Below are positions 52,157 to 64,000 of a stretch of DNA of 64,000 nt, piece by piece. The DNA is from Oikopleura dioica. Its lineage: Eukaryota > Animalia > Chordata. Both the position numbers and the translations under genes were made by a program. Location of the stretch: assembly GCA_907165135.1 (NCBI GenBank), contig OU015568.1:9300001-9364000 (forward strand). The letters are read 5' to 3'. Every line of letters starts with the position of its first letter. The first letter of the stretch is position 1. The notes beneath the pieces were generated by a model that saw only the letters and a program-made list of their open reading frames with translations, made no database searches and was not told the origin of the DNA.

Positions 52157-53322
52157 TTATTCAGAGCAATGTTCAGTAATGATCTCGTGAATGCTCGGCG
52201 AAAATTTGCAGTTTGAAAAGTCTTCTGTGTAAATTGAGGAGGGAGATTCAGAAAGCTGTCTGTACATGAAAGTTGGTTGGCTGACATTGATGTTCAATAA
52301 GTTTTGTTTTTTGAAAAATGTTAATGAATTTTGAACACTGTTACTCGCGGTGAGATCAAAGAGCTCCTCGCGTGTCTGGAGGTGTTTGTATGCGCTGTTG
52401 ATTGCTTCCAGTGAGCTATTTGCAGATCCAGAACTGTCCTTCGAGGTTCGCCATCGAAGACATCGGATGCAAATGAAGGGGCAGACTGATTTGGACTTTG
52501 ATTTTAGTGCTTTTAGGGTGATTTGATTTTTTTAGTTTATCTTTACTTTGATTGATTTTTTGAATTGTTTGTTAGAAATTAGTCTCGTGCAAAATACAGA
52601 AAAAAGAAGTTCTATTTGAAATCTGGTTGAAATTATTACAATTATTCATGCATCTTTGCATGACAGAAAATGCGTCTCAGGAGCCCGCTAATGATAATGA
52701 TCGCCACGGTCAAGACCGTGATGGCTGCAACTTCGATTGACCAGTCTCTCGTTGTTGTCTTCAGTTCATATTCCTGTTTACCACGGTTGAAAAATAATTC
52801 TCAATTAGCAAAGATAAGAAACAGCCCTGAGCAGGCAAGAGTAGAATCGGCTAGTGAGACTTTCCTTTTGATAGTAAGTGGACTTTTGAAACAAAATTAA
52901 ATTTCTATCCTCGATGGAAAAGGCTATTTTTTCAACCGTGAACCTTCATCGCCATCTCTGGAAGATTCATCCGACGCTATAGTGTAAACTCTATTTCTTG
53001 TGCTCTTTTTCTCGTTTCTCCAATCAAGACTCGTAATTTTGAAAGAATATGATTAAGCCAAGCTCGTTAAATCAGCATTTCTAACCTACCGAGAGCGCAC
53101 CCGTGTGTTCCGCTTTATCAGCATCAACCGATCTTTCCCAGACTGCCACACGCGCTCACGGGTAGATAAGGGCAAATGTGAATTATCAACGATCGAGCCA
53201 TCAGTTCTGATCGAACCAATAATAAATTCAACGACTTGTTTATTAGTAATTACGATGATAATTGAAGATTTTTGAAATGCCCGATGAAGATGGGTTTTTG
53301 AGAAATTTGTTGCTTGAATCAT
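52157..53322 (-). CDS. Possible small single-pass membrane protein; exon structure unresolved
   Basis: Hydrophobic segment IEVAAITVLTVAIIIISGLL at about 52680-52740, and an open stretch of about 110 codons ending at 52157. Confidence 0.35.
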
Positions 53323-53703
53323 ATTTCGAGCTTTTTCTTCAGTTCGAGGGAAACTGCTGATAAGTGAAGAATTTCTTGGGAAATGTCATTTTTGGAGTCT
53401 TGCTCCAGTTCTGGTGGAGGGCTCGCCTGGCAGTAGTATGCCGCCTCCTCACTTCAAGTTGGGCCGCCGCGCCCACGCCATTTTCGTCCATTTTCGAGCT
53501 CCGAGAAGACCAAGAAAACCTCGTCTGGCTACATCAAGCCTTTGATCCTTCTGTCTGATTCCATCTTTGTCTGCCAGACTTGGGTCTTGAACGAGAGAAG
53601 AGAGAGGAGCGCCGCGAAAAGAAGAAAAACGATGAACGAAAAATTAGATCCAAAAATGAAAAATTGAAACGAAGAAAATCGAATTGGAGAATTAAATGAA
53701 GAA

Positions 53704-55922
53704 ATGAACGTTGAAGTTGGGGACAGGGTCGTTGCACGGACATCAGATGGAATCGCGTACACTGGAGTTATCATAGAGGTACAGTCTGTCAATTTTTCGT
53801 TGGTTTTATTGTAGAAATCGCCGTCGGGAATCGACGGGCTTAGTTTTGACCTTTCCTCAATGCTAAAAACTGCTAATGTTACGGGTTTCAGACAGACAAA
53901 AAACGACTTGAAGTTTCTTTACAATTCGATGATGATAAGCAGATTTTGTGGCAACGATATTCAGGTACACTTGCTCAAAATTGAAGAAACTATTAAGAAT
54001 AAAGAATTCGTGTTTTTTTTTATGAAAATTGTAATTTTCAGAAGTTCGACTGTTGGAGAAGAAAAGCTCCTCTGCCTCTCGATGTAGAGAATGCTTCAGC
54101 CCCGGTGATGAAGATGAAAAAAAGTTGAAAGTTTGCGACAAATGCGGAGAAGGATTCCACGCAAGTTGTCATCGCCCGAATCTGACCATTGCCGATTTGG
54201 ATGGACAAAAATGGCTTTGCAGGTAATTTGCTTTTTGTTGGAAATTTAAAATTTGGCTTATTTGAAATTTAGATTCTGCATTTTCTCGCTTTGCTCAAGA
54301 AAAGGAGGAGCTGTTGTTCCAGAACATCTGCGATCTCAGTGGCAACGCGTGCGAATGTCGCTTGCTTACGATAAACAAGCGCTGAATTGGGATGCTCTTT
54401 ACAGGGTAAGCATTATGACATGCATTCTTTTCCACAAACAATGGTCTTTTTAGATAAACGAGCAAGAGTTGTACTGTTACTGCGGCGCTCCTGGCGACTG
54501 GAATCAGAAAATGCTCCAATGTCTCGATTGCCGTCAGTGGTTTCACGAAGCTTGCCTGGAAAAAGGAAGAATTCTCAAGAAGCCATTGATGAATGCGGAT
54601 TTGTATTACAACTACAAATGCGCCACGTGCAAGAAAGGAGAAGATTTCATTCAACGGCTTGATCTCAGCTGGACTGAAGCCATGCAGTTGATTTTCTACA
54701 ATTTAAAGGTGATCATTTTCCCTGTGTTAAAATCTGGAAAGGTCCTGTTTTCTTCCCTGAGTTAACCGACAAGCCGTTCTGTCCAATTTTCAACCTCTTT
54801 TTCTAGTTCGTCGCGCCACAACAGTACTTTCGATTGGACACAGACATCATGCGTTACACAAAACTCGTCTGGGACGATCTTCAACTCGTGAAACTGTCGA
54901 AAGAAGCGCCCGATTGGGAAAGAAGAAAAGAAAAGATTGTCGAAGCAATGACGTCTTCTACCGAAATCTTCAGGCAATACAAACATGCAAATGGGCAGCT
55001 AATGAAGCTCTGGAAACTGCTTGACGAATCGACGGTAATATCAAGTGACGATGATCTTTTGGGTTGATTTTTTGTCTTAGCCGCCGAAGCCATCGAAAAA
55101 AACGCGACGATTGGCGCTAGAAATGTCATTGAAGGAACCTCTTTCCCGCACCCTATCCAGCTCTACGTCGGAGACGAACGGGAAGCTCAAATTGAAGATT
55201 TCTCTTTCTCCCTCGAGCTCTTCAACCAACGAAGCCAAAAAAACGCCACTCAAGTTCAATTTCCGAGGTGACATTTATCGAAATTGTGTTTTGTAAAGCT
55301 CCCTCTCAGGATTCCGACGATGTTTTCATGAAAAACAATATGCGACAATCCCCTGTTAGAACGCCTACCAGTATAAAGAAAAATCCGCTCAAACTAAACT
55401 ACTCGCCTGCCCAAAAACTGCCGAAAAATGGATCCACCCCCACCCTGCCAAATGAATGGTCCCCCTCCTCGCCGAAACTTCCTCATCCCACGGTAATCTA
55501 CGTCATTTTCCCTCCCTTTTATTGAGGTTGGTTCTAGAGCTTACGAAAAGTCGCCAAGAAAGAATCCCCCGTCAAGAAGCCAAAAACACTCGCGAAGAAT
55601 TTCAAAAAAGGTTCATCAAGTTCAAAAGTCGGAAAGTCGTCGACCGAAACTGGTTCTACGAGGTACTTTTTTCCTTGTTTGACCTTTTTCTACATTTTGT
55701 TGTTTCAGTTCCGCAGTTTCGCGAATCTCGCCAACGCCAAATGCAAAAGCGAAGGAATCCCCGTTTACCCTTTCAAGCGCTATTGAAGAACAGCCGAAAT
55801 TCGATGCAAAGTGGAGAATGGCCTCTGGCGAAGGGTTCCGCATTCTCGGACGCCGGCGAGAACCATCCGGTATCATTTCCTATCAAATCGAGTGGGAACA
55901 AAACTCCAACGTCGACTACTAA
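53704..55922 (+). CDS. Pcl: Polycomb-like protein (PHF1/MTF2/PHF19 family): Tudor, PHD1, PHD2, winged helix (EH), C-terminal chromo-like
   Basis: VGDRVVARTSDGIAY; CDKCGEGFHASC; YCYCGAPGDWNQKMLQCLDCRQWFHEAC; RLDLSWTEAMQLIFYNL; RMASGEGFRILGRR..ISYQIEW. Confidence 0.92.
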
Positions 55923-57049
55923 TTTTCATTCGTCCAAAGCGTGATCAATGCATTCGGTGCATTTGAAACTCCGCCACAAATAGATCTATTTATATGCTGT
56001 TAAATATGGCGTACCCTTATTTACATTTTAGAGCGTAAGGGGGGTGCGAATATTTTATTCAAACCAGTATCATAATATTTAATTCATTCACAACCTAGTT
56101 TTAGAGTTCGAAGTTTCCCTCTCCCTCTCCCTCTCCCCATTTTTCCCTACTGCCAGGAACTGTAACATCCTCAGCTCTAAAAAAAACACCGACACCATTT
56201 TTCATTACCAATCTTTCAAAAGATTCAGCGAATCGTTCGCGAATTCCATCACTTTTTTAACACACTCGTTAGACCAAGCGCATTTTTTCCATTTTTATTT
56301 TCTATTTTTGCAGTTCTACCGCTCTTTTTTCCACAAAGCTGCTGGACGAAAACCTGTCATATTTTTTTCCTAGTTTTTTCCGACTTGACAGTTGGCTTAA
56401 TAAAGACAGAAACTATTTAAAACTACTGTACAACTGTACTGTCAAGCTTTTTATAAGTTAATTAAAAGTTAGACAAATAGCTTCTGTATCTATTTTTCGT
56501 CGCTCTACTTTCTGAGTCGGATAGAACCTGTCTTTGAGATCGTATTTATATTTATACAGTGCCGCTTATTTAAACTAAAACCAGTGAGCTTTTTGCTTTC
56601 TCTTTCTCCTCTGCTGTACATTGAAAACATGACGCAAACAAAACAAATGAGCAAAAAAGCCAGAAATACACCCGTACTTAGGTACTAATTGACTCGCACG
56701 GAGTTGACTTGCGAGGTGTATTTGGCCTTGAAAGCGATTTTAATCGTGTTATAATTTGGTTTATTTCTGTTCAAATTTCTGAAAGCATTATCAGGGTTCT
56801 TCAAAAGACGTTTCAAAGTTGAAGGATTCTTTCATGCACTGCCGGCGAAGTTTCGCTTTTTCGCGGTCAGTTACAGTCATTTTAGACAATATGTTTGGGG
56901 TAACTTCCTAATTGACCTGTTCCTTCAGCATAGTTAGACATCTGGTAGCTTCCATCAATAGATGTTCTTTTCGCGATTCAAGTTTTTTGCATAAATATGG
57001 AAGGTTAAATGATATACCGTATGTGTAACCTAATTTAGTCTTGGAAAAC

Positions 57050-57567
57050 TGTTCTTGCAGACAATTTTCGCGGTCGTAAGCAACCGCGATAATGAATACA
57101 TTTGGGAAACAGTGAAAACTGTGCTAATGCATTTTGGAACCGCATTGACTGACTCCTGGGCTGGAAGAGAGTCTGATAATGACATTGACAAGTTCAGGGT
57201 ATTGGGTGATCATTTTCGTGACTTCAGGGCATCCACCTCTTTTTCAAAGTTCCTGTTACTGTAATTGAATAACTTTGATTTACTTGAGGTTTTCGATGAA
57301 GTCGACGCAAACTTGATACTGTGCATGCAGCATGACATTCGTATTGTCTTCGCTGGTAAAGTCCACGGGGAAGAACTACCAGTAAACAGATAATTAGGAT
57401 TAGTAGTTTACTCGGTTGACTTGACGCACCTTGAAGAAAGTCGCATCATCGCAGGGTTTAGCCAGGCAGGCGCGATCAAAGCCCCTAGGAAAAGAAGAGA
57501 GTCGCGTATTCTGCGCGCGGGCTCCTCCAAAAGAAAGAGCCAGAAAAATTAATCCCTTCATCATCAT
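57050..57567 (-). CDS. Possible small secreted protein; 3' end unresolved
   Basis: Signal-like MMMKGLIFLALSFGGARA, then RACLAKPCDDATFFK; next exon FFPVDFTSEDNTNVMLHAQYQVCVDFIENL. Confidence 0.4.
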
Positions 57568-57850
57568 AAAGCCAGAACACAAAATAATACAAGATTCGAA
57601 GAAGTTGGTTTTTGCTCTTTTGAAAAATAAGACCTCTTTTTTTCTTCTGGGAATCATGAGAGAGTAAATATTTAGAAGAAAATAGAAATAATGACAGATT
57701 GCAGGAACTCGGGAAAAGAGAGAAAGTTCGTTTGAATAAGCAATGAAAAAGTTCAAGTTGGGCGCTAGAAATAGAATCCCCAAGCCGTTTGATTAAATCC
57801 TCGCCCGATATTCAAGAGAGATTTTCGCAGGCAGAACGAATTTGACAGAT

Positions 57851-59250
57851 ATGGCGCGGATGAATTATTCCGACAGCGATTTGAATTTCGCCAAGACAGT
57901 TGCATCGATAAATATAGGATCTGGTGTTAGGTAGATAAGAGGATCGAGAGAGAATCTCAGTTTTATAATTCTAGCCTGCTGTGCTTATCAATTCTCGGTG
58001 TGATTGGAAACTCAGTGGTTATTTATTGCGTGCATAAATTTGAAAAATCATCAATTACGGATATCTTTGTCGGGAACCTAGCGATCGCTGATTTTTTATT
58101 TTCTTCGTTTCTACCAGTTTGGGCAGTCGAAAGATTCTACCAGGGAATCTGGATAATGAGTGAATTTATTTGCGAGTTTGCCACTTTTATCAGGTATGTC
58201 TTGGTGCCAATAAATAATTTGCGCGGGCAGAACATTAGATAATGTTGCATTACTGACATACATATCTAATTGATATGACATCTCTATGACTCTATCAAGA
58301 GCCACAGGACTTAGTTGACATATATAAATAATTTTCCAAAAAGGAAAAATCGCTAAGAAACAAGCTCATCAAGAATTCTAGTCTCTTGAACTTGTACGCT
58401 TCTGTTGCTCTTCTGATGGTAATGTCAGTCGATCGCTACTTCGCCGTCGTCTATCCATTGAAAGCGATAGCAACTCGGACAAAGCAACTCGCCTGGAAAG
58501 CAATTACAGTCGCTTGGGTTGTCGCATCCGGCTTCGCTGCCAAGGCGTTTTTCTTCCGCAAAGTTGTCAGCTGCATGTGTGGATGGCAGTTTCAAGAACA
58601 CATGTCATCGTGAGAGGAGAATAAATTCTGAGCCTTCCCTCATTTTAGGTTGTATTTTGTCTTTCGAATCACAGTTGGCTTCATTCTTCCCGTCGCTGTA
58701 ATTATCTACTGCTATATAAAAATATTCCTTACTGTCAGTAAGCGACACGATGATTTGGGCTCGGATGAGCTTCAAAGAAAAGCTAGTGATGTTCGAGGAA
58801 ATTATTCAATGAAAAGAAGGTATTCCTTGATTCACGATCCTTATTTGTTTCGAATAATCTTCCTGGTAACTAAGTTTTTTAGGCATTCAATCCGTGATAT
58901 TCGATTCTTTCATAATGCAAACAAGAAATTGACGAGAACAGCATTCTGCATCATCATCGCGTTTCTTGTTTGTTGGACGCCTAATCAGATTTTAAATGTT
59001 GTATATACCTTCAACCCTTCATACGCAACCTATCACGTGTTCATAATTACTTCGAAGTTGAGCGAAATACTGGCAATGTGCAATTCCTGCGTCACACCCT
59101 TAGGCTCGGATTTTTAAAAGGCTAGCTTTGTACAACTATAGAACTCGTCATTTATTATTTATAATTGGTAGTGAAAAATGGTTAAATCCGTATAAAAAGT
59201 CTACATCGCTTCGAAGCCAAAACTACCGCTGAAGATCTTGAACTCTCTAC
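57851..59250 (+). CDS. Class A (rhodopsin-like) GPCR, peptide/chemoattractant-receptor-like; end approximate
   Basis: GNSVV, NLAIADFLF, SVDRYFAVVYP, GFILPVAVIIYCY, FLVCWTPNQ, CNSCVTP. Confidence 0.9.
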
Positions 59251-59315
59251 GCGGCAAACAAATAAATCGCTTGCACAATCAAAGCACAGTTATGCGCGGT
59301 AATAAAACATGAACT

Positions 59316-60890
59316 TTATTCAACAAGTTTTTCGTTTGTTTTGTCAGATTCAGGAGGAATCATCGCTGTTTTCTCATCTCCGGCTTCAAGATCGGGCTCG
59401 GATTTGATCGTCGTTTCAGGTCTTGAATTAGCTGATTATGTAATTGTTTTGAACTCTATGTACCTGTAGTTGATTTGGACTTCTTTCAGTTTTTTGTGCA
59501 TTGGGGGCGGCAAGTGAAGTCAATTTTAGGATAAACCCCTCTTATCGAAAAAAGATTAGTGTATTTTTGCGGTTCTATCCCTCCCTCAGTTTATCCACCG
59601 ATTTGCGGTAGTCCTGGTCGATTCCGTAAGGACCATTAGGATTCGACAGTTCTAGCTCTTCATCGACTTTCAGGACTTCCTAAACAATCAGTAAATAAAC
59701 AGGTCCGTTGGATTTTGAACGTCACCATGAAATCCTCAGAAAAATTGACGATCGGCACCTTACCAACGACCTTGAGTTTTTCCTCGAGTTTTTGCTTGAT
59801 CTAGATAAGTTTTTTGTAAAGTATTCATAAGATATTATGAATTAAAACCTTCAGCTCATGCTCAGTCGGGAGAGGCTTGTGTCCTTCTTGTTGCGCATAA
59901 ACAGTAATGATGACTGGCTTGATTTGATTCTCCTTGCAAATTGATTGAATTTGTTCCAGTCCTTTATTCAGAAATGACTCGAAGTAGCTATTTAGCTCGC
60001 TATCGTCATGCCCTTAATTATTTTGAATTAAAATTATACAATAAACCAGATAAATGGCTTACCCATTTTCTCATCGATTCTCTTGACCAATCCAGCGGAC
60101 ATTATGTAAATAAAAACCTTTGCCGATTTGATCATCTCTTCAAACTCGCTTGTCAAATGATCCCCCTTCATGATCGTCTCTGTGGAAGACTCAACGGTGT
60201 ACCCAAGACTATCAAGATCCCGGGAGAGCTCTTTGATCAGAAATCTGTCGTGGTAAGTCGCCGCCATGAAAATATCGATGTCTTTGTCGCCCTTGTCCGA
60301 TTTCCGCGCCTGTCGGTCTTTCCACCAAAGTTTTGCTGTTGTCAGACAATGTTTGACCAAAAAGAGGACCAAGAAGATAATCAAAATGAGTCCAATCGCC
60401 CAAGTGACGCCTGTGGCAGCAGCTGAAGCCCCCGTCCCTTCTATTTTCGGTCCTTCGTAATCCATATCCAGATTAATCAGCCAACCTTCTCTCTCCGTGT
60501 GCGTCTCGTTAGTTTTTACATTGCATACTACAGGGAGAAATTCTATTTCTTCGCCGAAGACGTTTTCATAGACAGATGAAATTTCTTCATAATGATCTCT
60601 CGAAATAATCAAGCTCTCGCCAAATCCCGCCACATAATCCTCTTTGCAAAAATATGTCCAAGTCACTTTACAATTTTCAGCATCATCGGGGCAGTAGCAC
60701 GTCAAAACAATGTCGGTCAAAAGTCGAACTTCCTGAAGTGGCTCCTCAAGGAAGGAATCCGCCTCGCAATAACCAAAAAGCTCGGAAGTATGCATCTCTT
60801 TTTATAGAGCCGAAAAATGCTGCCCGAACGTTCATCGTACGCATTGTGTAAATAGTAATGATTATTACAAGAGCAAATTGAATTTTCAAT
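59316..60890 (-). CDS. Ig-like ectodomain / transmembrane / TIR-domain receptor; ends approximate
   Basis: Ectodomain IVLTC..CKVTW..SLIISR..VVCNV; TM VTWAIGLILIIFLVLFLV; TIR-like DIFMAATYHDRFLIKELSRDLDSLGY..IMKGDHL..IKSAKVFIYIMS. Confidence 0.7.
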
Positions 60891-61018
60891 TTTGAAGTGA
60901 TCTACTATTTGGATTGAGTCCAATTTTAAAATATTGAAGAATTAATAAAAAGCCAAAGATTTCTATTTATTCAAGATCTAAAATCGAAGTTCTATTAACA
61001 GCAACAGTTGCTGAGCAA

Positions 61019-64000
61019 CTAGAAACAGTTTTCGAAGAAGGATCTGAGCTGATGGACAGAAGTTGTCGAGCTTTCATCGACTTCGGGAGATGGTGATTCA
61101 ACAACGAAAGATTCCGCTCGTTGAGAAAGTTCTGGAGACTCGACTCTTTCTTCTTGATAAATTGACTCTTGAAGATGGCTCATGCTTTCATTTGAAAGGG
61201 ATGAGATGTTACCTGCTTCCTGAATGTCCTCGTGCTCGGAATCACTGAAAAATCGGTAATAAAAATGTTCGGAATCAAGGAAGACTACCTGGAAGAGCTA
61301 GAGCTGGAGCTTGAAGCATATGATTGAGCCTCATTCTGTGTTTCATTCTGCAAGAGCTCTTCTGGCTCATAATGATGAGATTCCGAGAGAGATTTAGCTC
61401 TGTCCATCCAAGAAGAATCATCCAAATAACCAGCGTTTTTAGACTCCCAAGATGATGTGATTTTACTTACGCTGTTTTCTTGGTCCTGAATCAAATTATT
61501 CTTTCAAGAATGACCAAAACGTCAACCTTGATCTCGACCATTCGTTTAGTATAATCAGTTGAGTTCTTCTGTTGCGCTCTCCAACCTAGAATTAAAAATA
61601 CAACAGATATCTAAGATCAGTTTTAACGATAAAGATGTTACAAGACCACATTGAATGAAAGATTTGGAATTTCTTTCAACATAAAAATACCTGTCGATTG
61701 AAACTGTGCCACTAATCGGCGCACTTTACCACAAGTAAAGTGCGTCTTGGCGTATTTTTGAGCTGAATTCAATTTTTATGGAGCATTTTTTTGTTAGGCA
61801 GAAAAGGTCGGTTGCTTCCTGTACCTTTTCCAGTTTGAAATTTTGAAATGATTTTGGCGACCGAGGCGTTACCGTCGTCAGCCGGCTCGTTTTCGGGCCA
61901 TCGCTTGAGCACTGAGCCTTTTCAAGGGATCATTGATTATTTTTTCAAAGTGCAGATGAAAAAGCTGCGCGTGAAAATGTTTTTTAACAAGCTGAAAATT
62001 TAAGCTCATCATAAAAATCCTGTCCTTTTTCTCTCTGAAGTCTCATTTCTTCCTCGTTGTCTTCAGTTGCTGGATTCTGCTCTTCTGATGCCTCTTCTAT
62101 CTGATTCTGCTCTGCACTCGGTTCCTTTTCACTGGCTTCTGTTGTTTCTAGTGCTGGTTGAACATTACTTGAGGAGCTGTTGTTTGAGACTGGCGGCGCT
62201 AGCTCCTCCTCCCTGAAATAACTTTACGTCCTCGAGGATGTCCTCTCTGATTTCCTACCGGGTTTGAGGCGCCTGATCTTCCGTCTGAATTCCTTGAGAG
62301 TTTTGCTCAAGGTCTTGCCACTTTTTCAGCCGATCTTTTATGCTAAAAAAGGATTGAAAATTTCGCTATCTTCGTTGATTTCACCTGAAGCCCCGTGGAA
62401 AACTATCTCGTCGGTGAAAATACAGATTCTCTTTCTTTCTCGAGTTTAGAACAGAAATTTCGGACGAATGGAATTTTTGCTCTAAACAATCCTTTGGCAG
62501 CGCCGTCTTGATGGACTGCGGCTGCGATTTGTTCTGAAGGATTTCCTCCTTTGTCTCGTTCGGCTGTGGATAATTGATATCGGTTTTGTCCAAGTGCGAT
62601 GGATTACCATCCGATTGAACGGATTTGTACTCGTTCAACTCGACAGCTATATCTTCATCCCTATTCTGTATGAGCTCATCCCCTCGCTCTTCTTCTTTCT
62701 CAGCAGTTTTGTAAGATTCTGAGCTGCGAGTAGACGCCTCTGAGGAATTTTCCTCGCTGGAGCTTGAAATTAAATCAATTTTTCATGTAAAAATTATTTT
62801 CTAAAACTACTCAAAGTGCAAATTTAGAACTTTGATCAATGAAAACTGTTGTTTGACAAACCTAGAAGATCGAGAGACAGATCTCAGTTCCTCCTCGATT
62901 CTTTTCTTATTATCTGGTTCATTTTCTCTCTGAATTTCGACTGGCGGCATTGGGAACTCATCAAGTTTCATTTCGCTGTCATTCGTTTTCGATATGCTGA
63001 CGTGAGTTCGATCGGAGATATCCGTAAATGACTCGGTGACAGTAGTTTGGGTCGATGAGTCGCAGAAAAAAACTCTCTTTGGCTGAGCACTAGTCGGTGA
63101 AATTAACGTCGTGTTGACTTGGACCCCTATGTTTTGCGCGCTTGAGCTGGGTCAAAAATCGCTGGATTTTTTAATTCTTCCAGATCAAGATTCAAACCCT
63201 TCCTGTTATTAGCCACGCTTGAATCTGAAGAAAAAATTCTCTTACAAGTAGGACGCAGCCCAAAGGCGAAAGCTACTTTGACTCGTACCTGAGAGGCGCT
63301 GGTTGAATTCCTTGAAGCTGGAAATTCGCGCATGCCGCTGGTAGGCCTGGTCAGTTCGCTCCGCCAGATCAAGTGTTTTCGGCGACGGCGGGCGCTTACT
63401 TGCTAAATGCGGATTTGAGTTAAAAAGATCTAAAATCTCAAAGTCATGAGCAGCTCTTTCTTTGTTCTAATCGCAGTCAGGAGATTCTCTCTTACCGAAA
63501 ACAGCATCTTCATCTTTCATCGAGATTTTCAACATGTTTTTTTTAGAAAATTTTAACTTCTCTAATCCCTTCCTGAATCTTTTCTCTCCATTTTGTTCAC
63601 TTTTATTATAAGCTCTGACTTATGCATCTTTCCAATCTCGTAATTCTTCGCTACCATCTCTAAGCCAATTTTTAGGGCTTTCGGATAATTGCTTCTCCTC
63701 TTCTTATTATAGCTCCATCTTTGCCCGGGAAGCAGGCGGTCGACTTTCTTACTGCAACAACAAAAAAGAAAAAAAAAGTTACGAGGTCAAATTATCCGTC
63801 AATGCCAAATCCGCAGTAATAATTAGAGGATTCAAAGACAATAGAAACGATGCATGGGAAGATACTTTTGAATTCACGAGTAGACATCAAGAATCTCGAT
63901 CGATTACGGAGCAGACTTTTCTGCCTGAGTTATAGTAATGACACCCTTATTTTACATGAGCAAAGCATGGTTCAAAGGATTTTTGATTTTTGTAATTTAT
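61019..64000 (-). CDS. Large Ser/Glu-rich low-complexity protein, 5'-partial
   Basis: Multiple open acidic exons on the minus strand; the last exon ends ...TTSVHQLRSFFENCF* at 61019. No domain recognised. Confidence 0.5.

Overview
Eukaryotic, very gene-dense DNA with many 38-60 nt introns and short intergenic gaps. This looks like a larvacean tunicate genome (Oikopleura dioica-like); the organism call is inferred from gene structure, not proven. About 25 spliced protein-coding genes can be traced. Recognisable: PTER, UBA1, a carboxylesterase, DNAJC27/RBJ, PITPNM/rdgB, IFRD, a PCBP-like KH protein, MAP2K7, SRD5A, PRPF38B, NCAPD2, a DEG/ENaC channel, a PAN-EGF-ZP secreted protein, Polycomb-like and a class A GPCR. 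Several genes have no recognisable family. Non-coding highlights are a 260-bp MITE (80-bp inverted arms, 8-bp target duplication) in a DNAJC27 intron and a 2.8-kb, near-invariant 56-bp hairpin satellite inside the IFRD locus. The most novel candidates are a 338-aa J-domain/coiled-coil/SH3 fusion, an Ig-TM-TIR receptor, a Polycomb-like protein with a degenerate Tudor cage and wing motif, a membrane protein with tandem RRTST repeats, and a 99-aa gene missing from the ORF track. All gene models and homologies were made by eye; boundaries are approximate where stated.
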